Shown in pieces: positions 23,422 through 31,004 of a DNA stretch of 40,449 nucleotides. The notes beneath the pieces are model-generated. The model was not told where the DNA came from, ran no database searches, and was given only the letters and a program-made list of their open reading frames with translations. This stretch comes from a virus. Made by a program: the position numbers and the translations under genes. Positions within the stretch are counted from its first letter, which is position 1. Each line of letters begins with the position of its first letter. Location: the IMG/VR virus record IMGVR_UViG_3300045988_160722. One strand, given 5' to 3'.

Positions 23422-24071
23422 TGGAATTAAACGGTTTTGCAAGAGCATTAATTGCTCCTGAAGACGATAACGCAAGATTAAAGAGCGTTGATGAATTTAA
23501 GAAGTATGGTCGATACAAAGCACAAGGTATTTTTCAAGCCGATCTGCAAACTGCTAAAGGTACTACTCAAAGTAATATCACAGGTTTAAATCCGACTATT
23601 CAAAAAGTTTATGGATCTAACACCGTTGCCGAAAGTGAAGTTGGTATTGAAAATATTTCTGCAACCTTAGCAGTGAACGACATGCCTTTTGATATTAGTT
23701 CATTATTGCAAGGCATGTATAAAGATGAAACTCATGGTGGTTATAAGCGCGCAGATAAACGCTTATTTAAAGGTGCTTATATTGCAATTTCTGAAAATCA
23801 TGGATTTCCAGTATACTATGCATTCCCTTACTGCACATTCACACCTGGTACTGGTGTAAACATGCAAACTGATGCAGCTTCTCCAGTAACTGTTCACGAT
23901 ATATTTACTGTTACTCCACAAGCACGCCCAACTGACAATTTGCTTTATCAAATTTTCGTTGGAGATCCTGATCGTGATCCGGCTTGGAAAAATGAGGAAG
24001 CAATGTTGGCTTATATTGTTGACGGCTTTCAACAGGCCTCTACGCCGGCTGGACCTGGAACTGGACATTAG
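23421..24071 (+). CDS. Major tail protein
   Basis: 216 aa. Synteny, with a strong terminator/attenuator directly downstream. Confidence 0.7.
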   Translation: MELNGFARALIAPEDDNARLKSVDEFKKYGRYKAQGIFQADLQTAKGTTQSNITGLNPTIQKVYGSNTVAESEVGIENISATLAVNDMPFDISSLLQGMYKDETHGGYKRADKRLFKGAYIAISENHGFPVYYAFPYCTFTPGTGVNMQTDAASPVTVHDIFTVTPQARPTDNLLYQIFVGDPDRDPAWKNEEAMLAYIVDGFQQASTPAGPGTGH

Positions 24072-24102
24072 CAAGAGCAGGGTGGGAGAGGTAGGAACAA
24101 AT

Positions 24103-24130
24103 GAAGCAGGTTCGAATCCTGCTTTTTTTA
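24103..24130 (+). terminator. Rho-independent terminator/attenuator after the major tail gene
   Basis: AGCAGG (24105-24110) TTCGAAT CCTGCT (24118-23) followed by a T7 run. Confidence 0.75.
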
Positions 24131-24149
24131 TATGAAAGGAATTTAGATA

Positions 24150-24701
24150 ATGACTCAAATAACTGTAGATGCAAAGGAATTAGGATTAGGTTCAATTGAA
24201 GTAGATCATAGTTTTGGAATGAAGCGTAAAGCTGGTGAACTTAATAAGGATATTTCCCAAATTCAATTAGATGCACAACGTAAGTTTTCAAGTGCAGTTC
24301 GTGACATGAATATTTTGCAAAAGCTTAATAAATCCAAGGCGGAAGATGAACGGACTCTAGAACGATTAGAAGACAAATATGGAACTGGATTTGGTTCTAT
24401 TGATCCTGATTACTGGGATATGCGTGTTGAATCAGTGGCCTTGGCAATTAGTCCTGAAATTAATCAAGTTACTTTAACTGCTGGAACAGAATTAAAAATC
24501 ACTGAAAAATATTTAGCTTTTATTGAAGATTTAGCAGGCATTAATACTAAAGCTAGAAAGCAAAAATTTGAAAGTGGCGATTTAAGCACTGATGCTATTG
24601 CAGAAGTAGCTAAGAAATTAACTTTTGCCATTTTGGATATTAAAGAAGATTCGGAGGCTTCTGAATCTGATAAGAAAAGTAACTCTGTGGGAGATAAATA
24701 A
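24150..24701 (+). CDS. Tail assembly chaperone (gpG-like)
   Basis: 183 aa, acidic C-terminus. Position between the major tail and tape measure genes. Confidence 0.7.
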   Translation: MTQITVDAKELGLGSIEVDHSFGMKRKAGELNKDISQIQLDAQRKFSSAVRDMNILQKLNKSKAEDERTLERLEDKYGTGFGSIDPDYWDMRVESVALAISPEINQVTLTAGTELKITEKYLAFIEDLAGINTKARKQKFESGDLSTDAIAEVAKKLTFAILDIKEDSEASESDKKSNSVGDK

Positions 24702-24921
24702 GTTCTGGTCAGAATTTGTTGAAGATATTGACTACACTGAACAAGATGCAATTGTTAACGGGCATGTTTCGCCTAATGAAATAGAAGCATTTGATACAGA
24801 TCGTTGGGCACAAATTATGGAAGCCCAAAGCCGTAAAGAACGCCCAGTAGATGCTAGTGAATATGCTTTAAGTCAATTAGCGCAAGGAAAAACTAGAAAG
24901 GAGGTAAATAATGGCAGGTAA
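24625..24921 (+). CDS. Tail assembly chaperone extension (gpT-like), probably expressed as a frameshift fusion with 24150..24701
   Basis: The open frame overlaps the chaperone 3' end and lacks a credible independent start (TTG, no SD). It lies in the +1 frame relative to the upstream ORF. Confidence 0.5.
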   Translation: MPFWILKKIRRLLNLIRKVTLWEINKFWSEFVEDIDYTEQDAIVNGHVSPNEIEAFDTDRWAQIMEAQSRKERPVDASEYALSQLAQGKTRKEVNNGR

Positions 24922-27900
24922 AATTCCGGTTGGAGATTTTAATACACGAATATCATTAGATGGCGAACAGCCGATTCAAACGCTTAAATCTTTAAAGAAT
25001 GAAGTATCATCTGCTACTAGTGCATGGAAGGCACAAGTTGCTGAATTAAAGTCAGCTGGGGATCAATTAGGTGCAGCTAAAGCTAAATATGAAGGTTTAG
25101 GCGATACTTTAAAGAAGCAACAGTCTTTATTAGAACGCAATAAATCTGAATTAAACAGCTTAAAAGAAGCTCAAGCCAAAGTTGATACAACTACAGAAAA
25201 GGGTCGCAACGAATACGAAAGATATTCAAAAGAAATTGCTACTGCTGAACGTAATGTTGCTAATGCTACTACTAGAATTGCTAAATTAAGTCAGCAACAA
25301 GAAAAAGCTCGTAACTCGCTTGATTACTACAAGTCAGGATTAGCAAGCGCACAAAGCGAACTTAGAAAAATTACTGAGTCAAGTAATGCTTATGTTGGAA
25401 GACTTGAAGCAGAAGGCAAGCATGAGGAAGCTAATAAGGCTAAATTATCTGGTTTATCACGTGAATACGACAAACTAAATCAAGTTTACAAAATTCAATC
25501 TAATGAATTATCTAAGATTGCTTCTGAAGCTGGTAAATCTAGTGAAGCATATAGACGTCAGAAGGTACGTGTAGATGAGACAGCCACAAGCTTAGCTAAA
25601 ACCAAATCTGAAATGTCGGGCTTATCTTCAGAGATGAAGAAAGCCAATCCATCAATTTTTGATCGATTTAAATCTAAAATTACTGGAGTCAATGGAGAAG
25701 CTAAACAGACGCATTCTTTGTTTAAAAAGATTTTTAGTGCAAATCTTTTAAGCAATGCTGTTTCTTCGGGTTTTAGTTCATTAACTTCTGGACTAAAGTC
25801 AACTATTACATCAGGTATGCAGCTTGATGGTGTAATTGGTAAAGTTCGAGCACAGTGGGCTGGATTAGGTAAAAATAAAAATGATACTCAGATCTTAGTA
25901 GATCAAATGGGCTATTTGAAGTCTAATACTGCAATGACTGGGGACGAAGTTCATCAGCTACAGTTAAATATGAATCGTTTAACTAATGGTAATTTGTCGC
26001 ATACTTTAGCTTTGTCTAAAAGTATTGCAACCATTGGGGATGCGACTAAGATGACTTCTGGAGAAATGGTTGGGCTATCAAGTGCGATGGCTAGGGCTCT
26101 TAGTGGCTCTAAAGTTTCAGCAATGCAATGGCAAAGAATGAGTAAGCAAGCGCCGGGATTAGGTGCGGCTTTGTCTAAAGCAGCTGGAATGTCAGAAGAA
26201 GCATTTGGTAAGATGGTTGCTTCTGGCAAAATGTCAACTAAACAATTTGAAGAGTTAGTTGAAAAAGCTGGTCAAGATGGTGGTAAGGCTTTTGAAGCTT
26301 TTAGAAAAACCCAAGGCGGAGCTGCAAAGTCAATGCAGGATTCGTGGAATAGCTTAAAAGCTAAAATGGCCCAACCATTATTTGATGCGAAGACATCAGG
26401 AATGCAACAGTTAGCTGACTTAATGCAGTCAAAGCCAGTACAAGATGGTGCTGAAATGCTTGGTGTAGCAATTCAAAAAGTTGCTAAACTTGGAATGCAA
26501 GCATTAGGCTACATTGCCAAGCATAAAGGCGATATTGTAGGTATTGGGTCTGATCTTATGTCCATTACCAAAGATATTGCAATAGATACTTGGAAGACTC
26601 TTTCTAAAATAATTGTTGATATTGCTGAAGCCTTTGGTTTAACTAGTAAGAATGCTTTAAAGTCGAAAGACCCTCTGAAACAATTAAGAGTGGTATTAGA
26701 TAATTTAGCTAAAAATAAAGAAGCGATTCAATGGATTTCTAAGGCAATTATTGCTATTGCAGCAATTAAGACTTTGAAACCAGTTACAAGTGGTTTATTT
26801 TCAATTGCTAGTGGTAGTGTTAAAGCTTATAAAGGGGTTAAGGCACTTCATGCAGGCTTTAAGGGTTTAGATACAATTAAAGAACTGAAAGGACCAGAAG
26901 CCGCATTAGCTAAATTAGGTTCTACTGCTTCAACTGTTTTTGGCAAAATTAAATCTTTAGCTGGCAATGCGTTATCTGGTAAGTCTTTTGGCGGTGCATT
27001 TCAATCTTTAAAATCTGCTGGTGGATTTGGTGGCTTGTCAACAGCTGGTAAAGTTGCTACTGGTGCAGCAGGTGTGGGGGTTGCTTTAGATGCTGGTTCA
27101 TCTATCCTTTCAGCATTCAAAGATAAGAAAGGATCAATGAAGCAATACCAAGATGCAGGAAAAGGAATAGGTTCTGCAATTGGTGGCGGTATTGGTTTAT
27201 TCTTTGGTGGTCCTGCTGGTGCAGCAATCGGTTCTCAGATTGGTAAGGTAGCTGGTGGCTGGGGCGGTAAAGCAACCAAAGAATTTTTGAATGGTTGGAA
27301 ATCTAAAAAGCCGCCTAAAAATTTCTGGTCGCTTGAAAACTTAGGCTGGTCTACTAAAGATGCTTTCGGCAAGATGAGCAAGGGCATTGATTCTTGGTGG
27401 AAAGGCATTAAAAAGTCTAACCAAAAATCTCAAAAAGAATGGCAAAAAATTGATAAGCTTAGAGAACAAAACCAAAAGAAACAGCAAAAAGCTTGGAATG
27501 ATTACTGGAAAAAAGTTGGTAAAGGCTTTGAAAAATTTGGTAAAGATTCTAAGAAAAACTTAGATAAAACAGTTAAAAACTCACAGAACTTTATAAAGAA
27601 ACTTGGACCTAATATTAAGAAAGGCTACGATAACTTTCTGAAAAATGGTCACAACTTCTTTAAGAAGTTTTACAAGAATTTTGGCGATACCTTTAAGAAG
27701 TTATCTAAGAACAAGTACGTTAAAGCTTTTCAAAAGGGTAAGTTATTCCAAACCGCTTATAAAGATATTCAAAAGAAGACTAAGAAATGGACTAAAGATT
27801 TTGGTAAATCTTGGAATAATCATTGGAAAAATACTCAAAAAGCTGTTTCCAAATGGTCTAAGAATACCAAGAAAAATTATGATAAAGGGACTAAGTCTTT

Positions 27901-30274
27901 ACAAAAAAGCTTTAAATCTTGGTCTAAGAATGCAAAAAAGACATGGGATTCTCATTGGAACAATCTTCATAAGTCAGTGGGAGATTTTTGGACAAACTCC
28001 AAAAAAATAGCTAGTGAAGGCACGAAAAAACTTTTAGGACAAGATAAAGAGTATAGGGATAAATCTGGCAAAGAGTGGTTGAAACACCATAGTTATGTAA
28101 CTGATATTTCTAATGATTTCCAAAAAAACTTAAAGAAGAATCATGGCAATATGCTAGATGCTTTAAAACAGACTACTGGAGATCAATTGCATAAAATAGC
28201 CCATAATTTTGCTGATAAATGGGATTCAATTAAGCGTGATACAGCTAAAAAATGGTCAGATATGAAGTCAAACGCTTCAAAGTGGGGAAGTAATATGCAT
28301 TCCTGGTTTGATGGCTTTAATAGAAAATGGCGAACAGGCTGGTCTAACTTAGGCAAAGGTATTCAGAATATTTTTTCTGACATGTGGAAGTCAATGCAAA
28401 AGCTTGGTAAGAATGCCATGAATGGGTTAATTGACATTGTTAATGGCGGTATTGGTGCCGTTAACGATGTAATCTTCTTCTTCGGTGGCGGTCATTCTAC
28501 TGTCAAAAAGCTCCCCCACTTTGCTACTGGTACTGGCTATTTTGGATCTCAGCGTAGAGCGATTACTGAACCAACATTAGCAATGGTTAATGATGGTAAT
28601 GATTCACCAGAAACTGGCAATAAGGAAGCTCTTTATCGTCCAACAACTGGAGAGTTTGGTATTTTCCAAGGTCGAAATACTACTACAATGCTTATGCCTG
28701 GTGATGAAATTCTTAATGCAACTGATACTAAGAACTTAATGAATGCTATGGGGATTGCTCGCTTTGCAAATGGTGGTATTGGTAGTTTCTTTAGCAATAT
28801 TGGCAAGAACGTAGGTAACTTCTTCGGTGGCATTGGTTCATGGGCTAAGAACACTATGGATGGCATGAAGAAGTTCTTTGATTTAGCTAAAAAGATTGTC
28901 TCTGGTCCACAAAAGTACTTAGATGGTATTTTTAAATGGACTGGTGTTAAAGGCCTATCTCGTGGTGCATTTCATACTATGATTACCAAAGGATTTGATA
29001 AAGGTAAGAAACAAGTAAGTGCCTTTTGGAAAACTCTTTGGAATATGGTATCTAGTTCTCTTGATGGAGAAGCAGAAGGTGGATTGCTTGGAGCAGTTGA
29101 AAAATATGGTAAAGGCAAACCATACGTATGGGGTGCAGAAGGTCCAGATGCATTCGACTGTTCAGGATTAGTTAAATATGCATTAGAGAAGGCCTTTGGT
29201 AAGAGTTTTCCTCACTATTCAGGCGACCAATATTCTTCTTCACGTGGAGTTAAAGATCCACAAATTGGAGACTTAGTATTCTTTGGACCAGGTGGACGAA
29301 ACCACGTTGGTGTTTATGCTGGCAACGGTAAAGTATGGTCAGCTATGAATCCAAGCTCTGGTATTGGAATGGCTAATGTTTCAGACTTCCACGAGGGTGA
29401 AGTAAGCTATCGTCGCGTTCCAGGGTTAAAAACTGAAGGTGGAGGCGGCAATGTTAAAGCAAACTCTAACTTAGAGAAGTTTATTAAAGGGCTACCTGGT
29501 ATGGATGGCTTTTTTAAATTCATTAGTAAAATTGGAGATTTGTTTGGCATTGCAGCTGATGCAAAAGATCCTGCTGGTATGGGTGCTGATCGTTGGGGCG
29601 AAGACATTAAAAAGGCTGCTGAAACAATGCATACCTCAGTTACTCCAACAGAAATCAGAAAGATTATTTCAATGATTGCTGGTGAATCTAGAGGCAATCC
29701 TAGCGCTGTACAGCCAGGAGCTGATCCAGATGGTGACGGTTCTGGTCCAGCTCGTGGATTATTGCAATATAAGACAAGAACTTTTAATGCATATAAAGTT
29801 AGAGGCCATGGAAATATTTATCATGGCTGGGATCAATTGCTTGCTTTATTCAATGATTCTAATTGGCGCAATGATATTCACTTTGGAGCAGGTTGGGGAC
29901 CAACTGGTCATGCAAGATATGCAAATGGTGGAATTGCTAACCAACCTTCTATTTTTGGCGAAGCTGGACTAGAAATGGCTATTCCATTATCAGCAGTTAA
30001 ATCTAGTCGTTCTTACGAATTGCTTGGCAAGACTGCTGCAATTGTTGCAGCTAGAGACAATATTCAACCAACTACTGTGAATACTGGAAGTTTAGGCGAA
30101 AAGCTTGATAAGATTATCGATTTACTTACTGCTATTCTTACAGCTCCCGCAACAGTTGAAACTAGCATAAATGTAGATAAACAAGCTTTTGGTAATTCAA
30201 TTACCGAAGTTGTAAATGCAAGAATGCGATTGAATTCAATTAATAGAAAGAAGGGTATAAGTGTCATTAGGTAG
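24911..30274 (+). CDS. Tape measure protein with C-terminal NlpC/P60 peptidase and SLT lytic transglycosylase domains
   Basis: 1787 aa. Coiled-coil N-terminus, Gly-rich TM-like segments, K/W-rich repeats. GKPYVWGAEGPDAFDCSGLV...HVGVY (NlpC/P60). IAGESRGNP...GLLQYKTRTFNAY (SLT). Confidence 0.9.
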   Translation: MAGKIPVGDFNTRISLDGEQPIQTLKSLKNEVSSATSAWKAQVAELKSAGDQLGAAKAKYEGLGDTLKKQQSLLERNKSELNSLKEAQAKVDTTTEKGRNEYERYSKEIATAERNVANATTRIAKLSQQQEKARNSLDYYKSGLASAQSELRKITESSNAYVGRLEAEGKHEEANKAKLSGLSREYDKLNQVYKIQSNELSKIASEAGKSSEAYRRQKVRVDETATSLAKTKSEMSGLSSEMKKANPSIFDRFKSKITGVNGEAKQTHSLFKKIFSANLLSNAVSSGFSSLTSGLKSTITSGMQLDGVIGKVRAQWAGLGKNKNDTQILVDQMGYLKSNTAMTGDEVHQLQLNMNRLTNGNLSHTLALSKSIATIGDATKMTSGEMVGLSSAMARALSGSKVSAMQWQRMSKQAPGLGAALSKAAGMSEEAFGKMVASGKMSTKQFEELVEKAGQDGGKAFEAFRKTQGGAAKSMQDSWNSLKAKMAQPLFDAKTSGMQQLADLMQSKPVQDGAEMLGVAIQKVAKLGMQALGYIAKHKGDIVGIGSDLMSITKDIAIDTWKTLSKIIVDIAEAFGLTSKNALKSKDPLKQLRVVLDNLAKNKEAIQWISKAIIAIAAIKTLKPVTSGLFSIASGSVKAYKGVKALHAGFKGLDTIKELKGPEAALAKLGSTASTVFGKIKSLAGNALSGKSFGGAFQSLKSAGGFGGLSTAGKVATGAAGVGVALDAGSSILSAFKDKKGSMKQYQDAGKGIGSAIGGGIGLFFGGPAGAAIGSQIGKVAGGWGGKATKEFLNGWKSKKPPKNFWSLENLGWSTKDAFGKMSKGIDSWWKGIKKSNQKSQKEWQKIDKLREQNQKKQQKAWNDYWKKVGKGFEKFGKDSKKNLDKTVKNSQNFIKKLGPNIKKGYDNFLKNGHNFFKKFYKNFGDTFKKLSKNKYVKAFQKGKLFQTAYKDIQKKTKKWTKDFGKSWNNHWKNTQKAVSKWSKNTKKNYDKGTKSLQKSFKSWSKNAKKTWDSHWNNLHKSVGDFWTNSKKIASEGTKKLLGQDKEYRDKSGKEWLKHHSYVTDISNDFQKNLKKNHGNMLDALKQTTGDQLHKIAHNFADKWDSIKRDTAKKWSDMKSNASKWGSNMHSWFDGFNRKWRTGWSNLGKGIQNIFSDMWKSMQKLGKNAMNGLIDIVNGGIGAVNDVIFFFGGGHSTVKKLPHFATGTGYFGSQRRAITEPTLAMVNDGNDSPETGNKEALYRPTTGEFGIFQGRNTTTMLMPGDEILNATDTKNLMNAMGIARFANGGIGSFFSNIGKNVGNFFGGIGSWAKNTMDGMKKFFDLAKKIVSGPQKYLDGIFKWTGVKGLSRGAFHTMITKGFDKGKKQVSAFWKTLWNMVSSSLDGEAEGGLLGAVEKYGKGKPYVWGAEGPDAFDCSGLVKYALEKAFGKSFPHYSGDQYSSSRGVKDPQIGDLVFFGPGGRNHVGVYAGNGKVWSAMNPSSGIGMANVSDFHEGEVSYRRVPGLKTEGGGGNVKANSNLEKFIKGLPGMDGFFKFISKIGDLFGIAADAKDPAGMGADRWGEDIKKAAETMHTSVTPTEIRKIISMIAGESRGNPSAVQPGADPDGDGSGPARGLLQYKTRTFNAYKVRGHGNIYHGWDQLLALFNDSNWRNDIHFGAGWGPTGHARYANGGIANQPSIFGEAGLEMAIPLSAVKSSRSYELLGKTAAIVAARDNIQPTTVNTGSLGEKLDKIIDLLTAILTAPATVETSINVDKQAFGNSITEVVNARMRLNSINRKKGISVIR

Positions 30275-31004
30275 ATTAATTTATCATGGAACAGGTTCTG
30301 ATTACTATGGTGCTATGGTAGTTTATCCATTAGTTCAAGCTACTACCAAACGGAATGTTTCACTTACGTCAGTTGTGGGAGTAAATGGTTCATATATCAA
30401 TGATAATTTGAGCTATACAGACATAACCCAACAAATTACTTTTGTTGTTCAGCGCCCGACTTTCTATAAAGATTGGTTTACTTGGGGCATGGACTTCGGA
30501 GACTGGCTGACTTGTAAAGATAAATTTGTAAAGTATGAGCCATTTTACTTTGAACCGTTTAAAGGCTGGCACTGGGAAGCTTTTGTAAGTGAAAGCCCTG
30601 TTGTTACTCCAACTAATGAAACTTGGGCTAACGTTACTATGAGCTTAGCATGCAAACCTTTTTTAATTAATGATGAAGCTATTAATTATCAAAACGTACC
30701 AAGTAGTCCAGTTTATAATCCTACTAAATGGAATTCACTACCTATTTTTCATATCGTAGGTAATGGGGACTTTACTTTGACGATTAATGGTTTAGCTTAT
30801 CAATTTAAAGATATAGATAATGAATTATTTATAGATAGTGAGAAATGTTTGGTTTACAAATCAATGACAGAGTTGCGAACTAGTAGAGCAATCTTGCCAA
30901 ATCATGAGTACCCTGAATTAATACCCGGTAAAAATAGTATTTCACTATCAGGTAATTATTCTAAGTTTGAATATCAACCAAGATGGAGGCGAGCAATTGT
31001 ATGA
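30261..31004 (+). CDS. Distal tail protein (Dit)
   Basis: 247 aa. GTG start with AGAAGGG SD. Synteny directly after the tape measure protein. Confidence 0.65.
   Translation: MSLGRLIYHGTGSDYYGAMVVYPLVQATTKRNVSLTSVVGVNGSYINDNLSYTDITQQITFVVQRPTFYKDWFTWGMDFGDWLTCKDKFVKYEPFYFEPFKGWHWEAFVSESPVVTPTNETWANVTMSLACKPFLINDEAINYQNVPSSPVYNPTKWNSLPIFHIVGNGDFTLTINGLAYQFKDIDNELFIDSEKCLVYKSMTELRTSRAILPNHEYPELIPGKNSISLSGNYSKFEYQPRWRRAIV

Noticed and set aside
24105-24123. AGCAGG-TTCGAAT-CCTGCT looks exactly like a tRNA T-arm (GGTTCGAATCC)
   Set aside because: It is followed directly by a T7 run with no acceptor strand, and no D or anticodon arms can be formed upstream. It behaves as the intrinsic terminator after the major tail gene.
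23763-24158. 131-aa minus-strand ORF antisense to the major tail protein gene and its terminator
   Set aside because: It overlaps a well-supported structural gene and spans a terminator. No SD, and the ORF is an antisense artefact.
25558-30267. Several 65-121-aa ORFs nested within or antisense to the tape measure gene (25558..25755, 25954..26229, 27645..28010, 28633..28866, 29407..29697, 29676..29972, 30064..30267)
   Set aside because: All lie inside a long, well-supported CDS, lack SDs and have a composition explained by the alternative-frame reading of repetitive Lys/Gly/Ala codons.
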